Counted from the stretch's first letter, positions 10,189 to 21,251 are shown. The stretch is DNA of 61,612 bases from Verrucomicrobiales bacterium (GCA_017853785.1 JAFMIX010000001.1:1-61612); one strand, 5' to 3'. The notes: generated by a model from the sequence alone, not told the origin. Numbers and translations: made by a program.

Positions 10189-11532
10189 ATGACTCCAACC
10201 GTCTCCATCCAGAAATCGCCGGCTGCCGCCGTGCTGGCCGCTTTTGCTCCGACCGCCGCCGCCCAACCCCCCTGGCTCGCCGCCCGCCGCCAGACCGCCG
10301 CCGCCGACTTCGCCGCGCTGGGTTTCCCCACATTGCAGCACGAGGACTGGCGTTTCACCAACATCGCGCCGATCGCCCAACTGCCTTTCAAGCCCGCCGC
10401 CCCCGCGCCCGCTGGCAGCGTGACGGCTGATGCCATCAAAGAATCCATCTTTGGTCGCATTGACGCCACCCGGCTCGTCTTTATCAACGGCCATTTCACG
10501 CCCGAGCTTTCGTCCGTCGCCAAACTTCCCGCCGGGGTCAAAATCTCGCCGCTCGCCACCGCGCTCAAGTCCGACGCGGCGTTGCTGGAGAAACATCTCG
10601 CGCGCTATGCGAACACCGACGCCAACACCTTCACCGCGTTGAACACCGCTGGTTTTCAGGATGGCGCCTTCATCTTCGTGCCCGCCGGGGTCGTCGTTGA
10701 CCGGCCCGTGCACTTGCTTCACATCGCTGCCGCGCGTGCGGCCGGCGCGACCACCCAACCGCGCCATCTCATCATCGCCGAGGCGAACGCGCAGCTCACC
10801 GTGCTGGAAAGTTACGTCGCCACCACGGACGCCGCCTATTTTACCAACGCCGTCACCGAACTCGTCGCCGGCGACAACGCCGTGGTCGAGCACCTCAAGT
10901 TTCAGGACGAAGCGGCCAGCGCGTTCCACATCGCCGCGTTCCACGCGCATCTCGGCAAGACCAGCAACGTCATCCACCACTCGATCGCTGCCGGCGCAAA
11001 ACTTTCCCGCAACAACATCCGCACCAACCTCGCGGGCGAAGGTCTGGAATGCATCCTCAACGGCCTTTACCTGACGCGCGGTGAGCAATTGGCCGACCAT
11101 CACATGGTCGTGGAGCACGCGCAGCCGCATTGCGCCAGCCACGAATATTTCAACGGTATCCTCGACGACAAATCCAAAGGCGTTTTTCATGGGCGCATCT
11201 ACGTCCACCCCATCGCGCAGAAAACCGACGCCAAGCAGACGAACAAAAATCTCCTGCTTTCCGACGACGCCACGGCCGACACGAAGCCGCAGCTGGAGAT
11301 TTACGCCGACGACGTGAAATGCACCCACGGCGCGACCATCGGCCAGCTCAACGCCGAGTCCATCTACTACCTGCGCTCCCGCGGCATCGGCAAGGACACC
11401 GCCCGCCAGATGCTCATCCACGCGTTCGCCGGTGAGATTATCGAGCGTGTCCGCCACACTGCCGCGCGCGAGGAACTCGACAAGTTGATATGGGATCGCC
11501 TCGAAACTACGCATCATCTGGCGGAGAAATGA
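10189..11532 (+). CDS. sufD: Fe-S cluster assembly protein SufD
   Basis: From ATG 10189: MTPTVSIQKS...HEDWRFTNI...; C-terminal GRIYVHPIAQKTDAKQTNKNLLLSDDATADTKPQLEIYADDVKCTHGATIGQL...YYLRSRGI, the SufB/D family signature. Confidence 0.9.
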   Translation: MTPTVSIQKSPAAAVLAAFAPTAAAQPPWLAARRQTAAADFAALGFPTLQHEDWRFTNIAPIAQLPFKPAAPAPAGSVTADAIKESIFGRIDATRLVFINGHFTPELSSVAKLPAGVKISPLATALKSDAALLEKHLARYANTDANTFTALNTAGFQDGAFIFVPAGVVVDRPVHLLHIAAARAAGATTQPRHLIIAEANAQLTVLESYVATTDAAYFTNAVTELVAGDNAVVEHLKFQDEAASAFHIAAFHAHLGKTSNVIHHSIAAGAKLSRNNIRTNLAGEGLECILNGLYLTRGEQLADHHMVVEHAQPHCASHEYFNGILDDKSKGVFHGRIYVHPIAQKTDAKQTNKNLLLSDDATADTKPQLEIYADDVKCTHGATIGQLNAESIYYLRSRGIGKDTARQMLIHAFAGEIIERVRHTAAREELDKLIWDRLETTHHLAEK

Positions 11533-11568
11533 TTTGTAGCCGCGTTTGTGAAGACGTGGGTGCTGAAT

Positions 11569-12024
11569 ATGTTCGATAACATCAACGATCTCTATCAGCA
11601 GGTCATTCTCGACCACTGCAAGCAGCCGCGGAATTTCCGCGAGTTGCCGGCCTGCACCTGCTCTGCCCAAGGTTTCAACCCGCTCTGCGGTGACAACCTC
11701 AAGCTCTTCCTCACGCTGGACGGCGATGTCATCCGCGAAGCCGCCTTCACCGGTTCCGGCTGCTGCATCTCCAAGGCCTCGGCGTCGTTGCTCACTGACT
11801 TTGTCAAGGGCAAGACCAAGGCTGACGTGGAGAAGATGTTCGCCCAGGTCCACGACATGGTCACCACCGGCAAAGTCGCCGGCGATGTCGGCAAGCTCGC
11901 CGTGTTCGCCGGCGTTTACAAATATCCCGCCCGCGTGAAGTGCGCCATCCTCGCTTGGCACGCCGTCATGGGCGCGCTCAAAGGTGAGCAAAAGCCCGTG
12001 AGCACCGAAAACGAGCAGGCGTGA
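11569..12024 (+). CDS. sufU: SUF-system Fe-S cluster scaffold/sulfur acceptor SufU
   Basis: MFDNINDLYQQVILDHCKQPRNF...NPLCGDNLKL...GSGCCISKASASL...PARVKCAILAW, the three conserved Cys of SufU/IscU type. The ATG at 11569 is preferred to the tracked GTG at 11548. Confidence 0.9.
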   Translation: MFDNINDLYQQVILDHCKQPRNFRELPACTCSAQGFNPLCGDNLKLFLTLDGDVIREAAFTGSGCCISKASASLLTDFVKGKTKADVEKMFAQVHDMVTTGKVAGDVGKLAVFAGVYKYPARVKCAILAWHAVMGALKGEQKPVSTENEQA

Positions 12025-12067
12025 TTTCGCCCGCGACACTGGCCCCCACTTCAACTATCTTTAACTT

Positions 12068-12616
12068 ATGAATGGCAAAGAAAGCGCAATCCTGACCCGC
12101 GACGTCGAGGCGTCCGTGATCCCCGCCGGCATGAAGGTCGCTCTCCAGAAGGGCGAAACCGCGCACATCACCCAGTCGCTCGGCGGCAGTTACACCGTCA
12201 TCGTCAACGGCAACATGTTCCGCATCGAGGGCAAGGACGCCGATGCGCTCGGGCTAGAAGTCGCCGCCAAACCCGCCCCCACCGGCGCGCCCATCGCCGC
12301 CGAGGCGCTCGAGAAGGAGATCTGGAATCAGCTCCGCTCGTGCTATGATCCGGAAATCCCCGTCAACATCGTGGACCTCGGGCTGATCTACGACTGCCAC
12401 ATCACGCCACTCGGCGCGAATAACTACAAGGCCGATGTGAAGATGACTTTGACCGCGCCCGGCTGCGGCATGGGTCCGGTGCTCGCGCAGGACGTGCAGA
12501 CCAAGCTGCTTTCGCTGGAAGGCGTGGACGACGTGAGTGTGGAGCTGGTCTGGGATCCGCCGTGGAATCAAAGCATGATGACCGAGGCGGCCAAATTGCA
12601 ACTGGGACTGCTCTGA
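12068..12616 (+). CDS. sufT: putative Fe-S assembly protein SufT (DUF59-containing)
   Basis: 182 aa. The C-terminal half, IWNQLRSCYDPEIPVNIVDLGLIY...MTLTAPGCGMG...VELVWDPPW, is the DUF59/MIP18 signature. Lies between sufU and sufS. Confidence 0.8.
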   Translation: MNGKESAILTRDVEASVIPAGMKVALQKGETAHITQSLGGSYTVIVNGNMFRIEGKDADALGLEVAAKPAPTGAPIAAEALEKEIWNQLRSCYDPEIPVNIVDLGLIYDCHITPLGANNYKADVKMTLTAPGCGMGPVLAQDVQTKLLSLEGVDDVSVELVWDPPWNQSMMTEAAKLQLGLL

Positions 12617-12620
12617 TTTA

Positions 12621-12662
12621 CCGCCGAGGCGCGGAGTGAAATACATCTCTGCGCCTCAGCGG
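12621..12662. repeat. GC-rich hairpin repeat (family A), between sufT and sufS
   Basis: ccgccgaggcgcggag (12621-12636), a 10-nt loop, then ctctgcgcctcagcgg (12647-12662). The arms are complementary at 14/16 positions. Same core (CCGCnGAGnCGCGGAG / CTCTGCGCCTC) as the hairpin at 40048-40111. Confidence 0.7.
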
Positions 12663-12684
12663 CTCTGCGGTTTAGATTTTTCTG

Positions 12685-13923
12685 ATGAAGGATAAGATAA
12701 CAATCGATTGGTCGGCATTGCGAAAGGACTTCCCTATCCTCGACCAGAAAGTCCACGGCAAGCCGCTGATCTACCTCGACAACGCCGCCACCTCGCAGAA
12801 GCCCCGCGCCGTCATCGACGCGCTCATCCGCTACTACGAGCGCGACAACGCAAACGTCCACCGCGGTATCCACGAGTTGAGCATGCGTTCCACGACCGCG
12901 TTCGAGGCCGCGCGGACGCGCACCGCCAAGTTCCTCAACGCCCGCAGCGCCGATGAAATCATCTGGACGCGCGGCACCACCGAAGCCATCAACCTCGTCG
13001 CCAGCACCTGGGGCGCAAAAAACCTGAAGGCCGGCGACGTCATCCTGCTCACCGAAGCCGAGCACCACAGCAACATCGTCCCATGGCAACTGCTCGCGCA
13101 GCAGACTGGCGCGAAGGTTGCCTACATCCCCGTCACCGGCGACGAAGGCACGCTGGACCTTTCCAAACTCGACTCGCTGCTCACCAAACAGGTGAAGCTG
13201 CTCTCGCTCGTCCATATCTCGAATTCGATGGGCGTAGTCAATCCCGTCGCGGAACTTTGCGCTCGCGCGCGCAAGCTCGGCATCGTCACGCTCGTGGATG
13301 GCGCCCAAAGTGCCGGGCACATGACCGTGGACGTGCAGGCCATCGGCTGCGATTTCTTTGCGTTCAGCGGCCACAAGATTTGCGGCCCCACCGGCATCGG
13401 CGCGCTGTATGGCCGGCAGGAAATCTTGGAGACACTCCCGCCGTATCAAGGTGGTGGCGAAATGATTTTGACCGTGGGCTACGACAAGACGGAGTTCAAG
13501 CACGCCCCGCATCGCTTCGAGGCCGGCACCCCGGACATCTCCGGTCCCATCGGCCTGCATGCCGCGATGGATTATCTCGACGCCATCGGGCGCGACAACA
13601 TCTGGAAGCACGATCAGGAACTCGCCAACTACGCGCACGACCAGCTCGCCGCACTGAAAAACATCCGCCTCTTCGGCCCGAAGACTGGCCGTGCCGGCCT
13701 CGTGAGCTTCTTGTTGAAAGACGTTCACGCGCACGATGTCGTCACGCTGGCGGATCAAGGCGGCGTGGCGTTGCGCGGCGGACATCACTGCACGCAACCG
13801 CTCATGCACAAGCTCGGCGTGGAATCCACCGCCCGCGCGAGTTTCTATTTCTACAACACCAAGGCCGAAGTGGATCGCTTCGTGGAAGTGGTGCGGGAGA
13901 TCCAGAAGTTTTTTGCTTCCTGA
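12685..13923 (+). CDS. sufS: cysteine desulfurase SufS (class II aminotransferase V)
   Basis: RKDFPILDQKVHGKPLIYLDNAATSQKP...NANVHRGIHELS...FSGHKICGPTGIG...RGGHHCTQP; the canonical SufS/CsdA. Confidence 0.95.
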   Translation: MKDKITIDWSALRKDFPILDQKVHGKPLIYLDNAATSQKPRAVIDALIRYYERDNANVHRGIHELSMRSTTAFEAARTRTAKFLNARSADEIIWTRGTTEAINLVASTWGAKNLKAGDVILLTEAEHHSNIVPWQLLAQQTGAKVAYIPVTGDEGTLDLSKLDSLLTKQVKLLSLVHISNSMGVVNPVAELCARARKLGIVTLVDGAQSAGHMTVDVQAIGCDFFAFSGHKICGPTGIGALYGRQEILETLPPYQGGGEMILTVGYDKTEFKHAPHRFEAGTPDISGPIGLHAAMDYLDAIGRDNIWKHDQELANYAHDQLAALKNIRLFGPKTGRAGLVSFLLKDVHAHDVVTLADQGGVALRGGHHCTQPLMHKLGVESTARASFYFYNTKAEVDRFVEVVREIQKFFAS

Positions 13924-13936
13924 CCGAATTTCGTGG

Positions 13937-14956
13937 TCACTCCCTCACAGTCTTCAATCCCGTGCGGATGATGCGCTCGATGAGTTGCGGGTAGGCGAGG
14001 CCAGCCTTGAGCGCGGATTGCGCGAAGTCTTCGTCGGCGGCGAGGATGGGATTGGGGTTGGCTTCGATGAAATAGATTTCGTTGGCGGGCGTGACGCGCA
14101 GGTCCACGCGCGCGTAGCCGTCGATGGTCAGCAGCCGGTAGATGCGTTTGCAGGTCTGCGCGATGTCCCGGGCGAGCGCGGGATCGAGCGCCTCGGCGAA
14201 CTGGTTTTGCAGCCCCCACTTCTTGCGATATTCCTCGTCCCACTTCGCGCGGTAGGTCGCGATCTTCGGTTCGTCGGGCGGGACTTCCTTGAACACCAGC
14301 TCGCGGATGGGCAGGACGTCGAGGCGGTGGTTGCCGAGGACGCTGACATAAAGTTCGCGCCCGGCGATGTATTCCTCGGCGATGGCGTCGTTGTCGGTCT
14401 TCTCGTGGATGAACAGGACGCGCTCCTTGAATTGTTCGTCCGTCTCGATGAATGACGCCTGCGAGATGCCCAAAGAGGCTTCTTCCTTCAGCGGTTTGAC
14501 GAGGATGGGAAAGCGCAGGCGCTTGGGGCGCACGGGCCGTTTGCCGCGGGGGATGACGGTGAACTCCGGTGTGCGGATGCGGTGGTAGCCCAGAATTTTT
14601 TTGGAGATGGCTTTGTGTTTGCAAAGTAGCAGCCCGCTGGCGCCGCAGCCGGTGAATGGGATGCCGTGCATTTCCAGGAACGAAGCGATGTTCTGATCGA
14701 AGGCGCGGTTGTTCTTGAACTGGTCGGCGAGATTGAAGATGAGGTCGGGCGCGAAGCTATCGAGTTTCTGGCGCAGCAGGTTGAGGTCATCGAAGATGGC
14801 GAGGGGCGCGACGTTGTGGCCGAGTTCAGCGAGCGCGGCGAGGACGTTGGCCTCAGTTTTCCAGTCGTTGGTCTTCAACTCGGCAGTCAAGTCCTGGTCG
14901 AGCGTGGTGGGCGCGATGGCGTCGAATAGGGCGAGGATTTTGAGTTTCTTCTTCAC
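13937..14956 (-). CDS. D-alanine--D-alanine ligase-like ATP-grasp ligase (substrate unknown)
   Basis: 339 aa. A pre-ATP-grasp N-domain (KILALFD...EANVLAALAELGH), then KHKAISKKIL...FPILVKPLKEEASLGI...EEYIAGRELYVSVLG...YARVDLRV...IYFIEANPNP, the Ddl-type ATP-grasp motifs. The start lies 2 nt after the stop of the upstream peptidase gene. Confidence 0.8.
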   Translation of the reverse strand: MKKKLKILALFDAIAPTTLDQDLTAELKTNDWKTEANVLAALAELGHNVAPLAIFDDLNLLRQKLDSFAPDLIFNLADQFKNNRAFDQNIASFLEMHGIPFTGCGASGLLLCKHKAISKKILGYHRIRTPEFTVIPRGKRPVRPKRLRFPILVKPLKEEASLGISQASFIETDEQFKERVLFIHEKTDNDAIAEEYIAGRELYVSVLGNHRLDVLPIRELVFKEVPPDEPKIATYRAKWDEEYRKKWGLQNQFAEALDPALARDIAQTCKRIYRLLTIDGYARVDLRVTPANEIYFIEANPNPILAADEDFAQSALKAGLAYPQLIERIIRTGLKTVRE

Positions 14957-14958
14957 GG

Positions 14959-15978
14959 CTATTTGGTGCGCTTGAACTTTCCGGTGAACAGGTGGTTCAT
15001 CACCAGCGTGGTGATGTAGGCGGAGACTTGGAGGTTTTGTCTCGGGTCGTAAGCGGTGAGGTGCAGGCCGAGTTGGTCGCAGCGCTCAATCAATCGGGCG
15101 AGCAGCTTGTTGACGCGGTATTTGTTTTCATTCGTCCACTGGCAGACGGCGGCTTCCAGTTCGCGGCGATGGCGGCGCAGATAGACCGAGGCTTTGACGC
15201 GACCGGCGTCGCCTGCGCCGGCGGCGAAGAGTTGGCGTAGATCGTTGTCGTAAAAATCCGGGAAGGAATGTTCATACTCCTTCCGCTTGCGGGCGTAGTA
15301 GGTCTTGAGCTTGACGTTGAGGCAGTCGTAATCGGCGACCTGATACTCTGGGGCGGGCAATGGTGGCTGTCCGGCGAGCGAACGCATCAGTTCATCCACG
15401 TATTCGAGTTTCTGGAGGGCTTTCCAGCCTTTGTGGCGCGCCCGCCAATCGAGTCCGGGCGTGAGCCACACGGCGAAGGTCTCGGCGAAATCCTCATCCG
15501 GGTGACTCTGCGCATACCAGTCATCGAGATGGGAGACGAAGCTGCGGCTGTAGGGATGCGGCCGATAAAACGAGGGCGTTTCATCGGTGGAAGATTTGCC
15601 GAAGGTCTGCTGCCATTTGCGTTTGCGGACGAATGGATAGGCGTAGGCATAGGCGTGCGCTGCTTCGTGGCGGATGAGTTTCATGAACCACTCGTCGGTT
15701 TCGCCTTCGACTTCGAGAATGATTTTCCTTTCGAGCTGCCGCAGCCGGTCATGCGTGAGAAAGAACGGGACAAAAATCGCCGGGATGCCGACGGGCACGA
15801 ACCATTCGTCGCCGATGTGGCAGGGGGGGTGAAAGACCAAACCCTTTTGCGAAAGCTCACCGTAGAGTTGCTGGATGAGCGATTGGAGTTTCGTGCCGGC
15901 GAGTGAGAGCCCAAGTCGGGAGATTTTTTTCTCCAGCAACTCGGCGTCGCTGAGGCTGCTCCAGTCCGGGGATTCCAT
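14959..15978 (-). CDS. putative zinc-binding metallopeptidase (HExxH; Peptidase_Mx-like)
   Basis: 339 aa. HExxH in LIRHEAAHAYAYAY plus a downstream acidic motif HPDEDFAETFAVW. No signal peptide. I recognise this layout as the uncharacterised putative zinc-binding metallopeptidase family that co-occurs with ATP-grasp ligases. Confidence 0.65.
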   Translation of the reverse strand: MESPDWSSLSDAELLEKKISRLGLSLAGTKLQSLIQQLYGELSQKGLVFHPPCHIGDEWFVPVGIPAIFVPFFLTHDRLRQLERKIILEVEGETDEWFMKLIRHEAAHAYAYAYPFVRKRKWQQTFGKSSTDETPSFYRPHPYSRSFVSHLDDWYAQSHPDEDFAETFAVWLTPGLDWRARHKGWKALQKLEYVDELMRSLAGQPPLPAPEYQVADYDCLNVKLKTYYARKRKEYEHSFPDFYDNDLRQLFAAGAGDAGRVKASVYLRRHRRELEAAVCQWTNENKYRVNKLLARLIERCDQLGLHLTAYDPRQNLQVSAYITTLVMNHLFTGKFKRTK

Positions 15979-16035
15979 GCGCGGAGACTAAACCCATGGC
16001 GGCCGCGTCACAAGCCCGGCAGTGGCCTGACGCCA

Positions 16036-16611
16036 TCAACCCAGATAGAGCCCCGCCCCGCGAATCGCCGCCGCCACGGCTTCCGGCACGAGTGGGTCGA
16101 TCGGTAAACCGCTCCGCACCCGCGCGCGGATCTGTGAAGACGACACGCCTAGCGGAAAGCCTTTCAAATATTTGCCGCGAAACGGTGCGGGGAACGGCAG
16201 CTCCGAAAGACCCGGCCGCGGCACGACGATAAACTGCGCCAGCCGCGCCAGTTCCGTGGGCTCGCGCCACTCCGGCAGCTTCGCCACGTTGTCCGCGCCG
16301 ATGAGGTAGAACAGTTCCGCGCCCGGAAAGCGCCCCGCGTAATCCCGCAGGGTATCCACCGTGTAAGAGATGCCGCCCCGCCGGATTTCCTGGTCGTCCA
16401 CCTCGCAGTTCGTTTTGCCCGCCAGCGCTAGCCGCAGCAGCCGCAGGCGCATCGCTGCAGGCGCGGCGTGGCTGTCCGACTTGAACGGCGATTGCGCCGC
16501 CGGGACGAAGTATAGCCGGTCCAGCCCGAGCTCCTCCACCGCCGCCTGCGCGACGAGCAGATGCCCGAGATGAACCGGGTCAAATGAGCCGCCAAAGATG
16601 CCGAGTTTCAT
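16036..16611 (-). CDS. nadD: nicotinate-nucleotide adenylyltransferase
   Basis: MKLGIFGGSFDPVHLGHLLVAQAAVEELGLDRLYFVPAAQSPFK..., ending in ISSSQIR-like VSSSQIRARV. The canonical NadD. Confidence 0.92.
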   Translation of the reverse strand: MKLGIFGGSFDPVHLGHLLVAQAAVEELGLDRLYFVPAAQSPFKSDSHAAPAAMRLRLLRLALAGKTNCEVDDQEIRRGGISYTVDTLRDYAGRFPGAELFYLIGADNVAKLPEWREPTELARLAQFIVVPRPGLSELPFPAPFRGKYLKGFPLGVSSSQIRARVRSGLPIDPLVPEAVAAAIRGAGLYLG

Positions 16612-16664
16612 CGTTTTCAGTTTGCCGTTTTTAATCTTTCAAGCAAGCGCCATGAGCCACGAAG

Positions 16665-16740
16665 GCGGCGTGGCGCTCCGCTTTCCGCCGCACTCCATGT
16701 TGCACCTTGGACTGCGGTGGCAAAGCGCCGCAGCGGCATC
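16665..16740. repeat. GC-rich imperfect hairpin element (REP-like) in the nadD/MFS intergenic region
   Basis: ccgctttccgccgcac (16678-16693) pairs imperfectly with tgcggtggcaaagcg (16713-16727). A spurious 63-aa ORF (...GGVALRFPPHS...) reads through it. I recall similar translations from repeat elements in related genomes, but this is unverified. Confidence 0.45.
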
Positions 16741-16760
16741 GCCTTCGCCACAACTCGCAG

Positions 16761-16792
16761 GGTTCAACACCGCTGGCGCACACCGTTGAACC
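16761..16792. promoter_or_regulatory. perfect 8-bp inverted repeat upstream of the MFS transporter gene (possible operator or stem-loop)
   Basis: ggttcaac (16761-16768), a 16-nt spacer, then gttgaacc (16785-16792). About 137 nt upstream of ATG 16929. Confidence 0.35.
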
Positions 16793-16928
16793 ATTGCTCC
16801 GTGGTCGCCTTTTAAAATCTGCTTAGGTGATTTCGTGGCGTGGGTGGTGCAGGAGCAAGCCTGCTGCCGCAGCGCGCTTCAGCGTACATAGTGCTTGCTT
16901 GGCTCGGCAAAAGCATTTGAATAGGGTA

Positions 16929-18347
16929 ATGTCTTCTATCCCCAGCACTTCCGCCCCTTCGCGGGTTATGCCTCATGTGCCGCAACGGCGAATATTTGTG
17001 GCGAGCATGGTTGGAACAACCATTGAGTTTTATGATTTTTATATTTATGCCACAGCGGCGGTTTCGGTGTTTCCGCTCCTTTTCTTTCCAAAAGGTGATG
17101 CCGGGGTGGCGCTGCTGGCTTCCATGGCCACCTTTGGTGTGGCGTTTGTGGCACGCCCCATCGGCTCGGTGGTTTTTGGCCATTTTGGCGACCGTATTGG
17201 GCGCAAGGCTACGTTGGTCGGTTCTTTGCTCACCATGGGCATTGCTACATTTTTGATCGGGTTGCTGCCCACCTTCTTGCAGGTTGGCCTTCTGGCGCCC
17301 GTTTTGCTCTCCATTCTGCGTTTCTGCCAAGGGTTGGGATTGGGGGGCGAGTGGTCGGGGGCGGCCTTGTTGGTTACTGAAACCGCCAGGGATGGAGAAC
17401 GTGCCTGGGCGGCGATGTGGCCGCAATTGGGCGCCCCGTTTGGCTTCATTCTGGCCAATGGATTTTTCCTGATCCTTACGCTCCTGTTCCAATACAACTC
17501 CGCCCAAGCCCAGCTTCAAGGTCACTTCTTGACCTGGGGTTGGCGTATCCCTTTCCTTGTTTCCGCCGTTTTGGTGATAGTGGGGCTTTATGTGCGGCTC
17601 AAGATTCAGGAAACCCCCGTGTTCGTCCGCTCCGTCGCCCGCGGAGAGAAACTCAAGTCGCCGCTCGCCACGGTCCTTAGGAATCATTACCGGCCGCTGA
17701 TTCAGGGCACGTTTATCATGGTGGCCACCTATGCGCTCTTCTATCTGATGACCACCTGGATTCTCTCCTACGCCATCGGCAGGCAGGAGCTCGGTTACCT
17801 CGGCATCGAATACCGCAGCTTCTTGGTGCTGCAGCTCATCTCTGTTTTGTTTTTTGCGGCCATGATTCCGGTCGCCGGCTGGCTGGCGGACAAATACGGT
17901 CGCCGCCTCATCCTGTTGCTGGCCACCGCCGCCATTATACTGTTCGGGTTGACGTTTCATCTTTTTCTCAACCCGCAAAATATGGGCGCTGGCGAAAATG
18001 CAAATCTGGGCCTCCTTTTGCTTTTTCTCTCCATCGGCATGGCTTTGATCGGGCTGACCTTCGGGCCCATGGCGGCCTTCCTTCCCGAATTGTTCCCCAC
18101 CAACGTACGCTACACCGGTTCTGGCCTCGCTTACAACATCGCCGGGGTACTGGGCGCGGCGTTGACCCCTTTTGTGGCCGTCTGGCTGGCCAAAAATCAC
18201 GGGGTCTTATCCGTCGGGCTTTATTTGGCGATTCTCTCGGCCGTGACTTTTGTTGCCATCTGGTTATCCCAAGAAACTAAAGATTCAAGCTTGGACGCCC
18301 GCGCCGACCAGGCTGCCACCATCGGCATAGAATCCACTTCGCCTTAG
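16929..18347 (+). CDS. MFS transporter, metabolite:H+ symporter (MHS) family (ProP/KgtP-like)
   Basis: From ATG 16929: ...RRIFVASMVGTTIEFYDFYIYATAAVSVFPLLFFP...FVARPIGSVVFGHFGDRIGRKATL...; the MHS signature, 12-TM pattern. Confidence 0.88.
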   Translation: MSSIPSTSAPSRVMPHVPQRRIFVASMVGTTIEFYDFYIYATAAVSVFPLLFFPKGDAGVALLASMATFGVAFVARPIGSVVFGHFGDRIGRKATLVGSLLTMGIATFLIGLLPTFLQVGLLAPVLLSILRFCQGLGLGGEWSGAALLVTETARDGERAWAAMWPQLGAPFGFILANGFFLILTLLFQYNSAQAQLQGHFLTWGWRIPFLVSAVLVIVGLYVRLKIQETPVFVRSVARGEKLKSPLATVLRNHYRPLIQGTFIMVATYALFYLMTTWILSYAIGRQELGYLGIEYRSFLVLQLISVLFFAAMIPVAGWLADKYGRRLILLLATAAIILFGLTFHLFLNPQNMGAGENANLGLLLLFLSIGMALIGLTFGPMAAFLPELFPTNVRYTGSGLAYNIAGVLGAALTPFVAVWLAKNHGVLSVGLYLAILSAVTFVAIWLSQETKDSSLDARADQAATIGIESTSP

Positions 18348-18540
18348 CCCGCCCGCGCGAGCTGCAGCCACCGCCATCGGTCGGCCGCCTCCGCAGTGTC
18401 GGTTTTGCGCGGGGATTGCGCTGCTGGCATGAAGAGCAGCCAGGCTCGAAGGCCAGATTTCATCGTATCGGGAGGGAGGTGTGCCGCTATCCCAAATCAA
18501 GTTGGGCCGGCGCATGCCAGCCCTGCCGCATCCCTGCCGA

Positions 18541-20895
<2,355 letters not shown>

Positions 20896-20954
20896 GATTG
20901 AAAGGCGCGTTTCTTTTACTCCACAAACCGGCGGCTGGAAACTAAAATGGCCGC

Positions 20955-21251
20955 GTGACCCGACATTGCCATAATTGCGGTGAACCCTGGACATTACCCG
21001 GCTTGCCCGGGCGCGGCGAAGTCTGCATGAAATGCCGTGCCGACCTGCGCGTCTGCATCAACTGCGTCAGCTACGATCCGCATGTGGCCCAGCAATGCCG
21101 GGAGCGCCGCGCCGAGCCGGTGTTGGAGAAACACGTCGGCAACTTCTGCGAGTTATTTGATTTTGTGAAGCGGCGGTGGATCCCCAAGGCGGAAGTCAAC
21201 CAGCGCGAGGCCGCGGCGCGGGATCAATTGAAGCGGCTGCTGGGAGATTGA
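20955..21251 (+). CDS. small Cys-rich (zinc-ribbon-like) hypothetical protein
   Basis: 98 aa from GTG 20955: CHNC..(14)..CMKC, then CINC..(10)..C. Two CxxC pairs suggest a zinc ribbon. Divergent from cstA (59-nt gap). No family recognised. Confidence 0.45.
   Translation: MTRHCHNCGEPWTLPGLPGRGEVCMKCRADLRVCINCVSYDPHVAQQCRERRAEPVLEKHVGNFCELFDFVKRRWIPKAEVNQREAAARDQLKRLLGD

Noticed and set aside
10168-12054. 628-aa minus-strand ORF.
   Set aside because: It is antisense to sufD and sufU, both with strong family signatures. It has no motif and a shadow-ORF composition.
16598-16789. 63-aa ORF (MPSFIVFSLPF...GGVALRFPPHS...) in the nadD/MFS spacer.
   Set aside because: It reads straight through a GC-rich hairpin element and shows no coding-like periodicity. 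It is more likely a repeat-element artefact than a gene.
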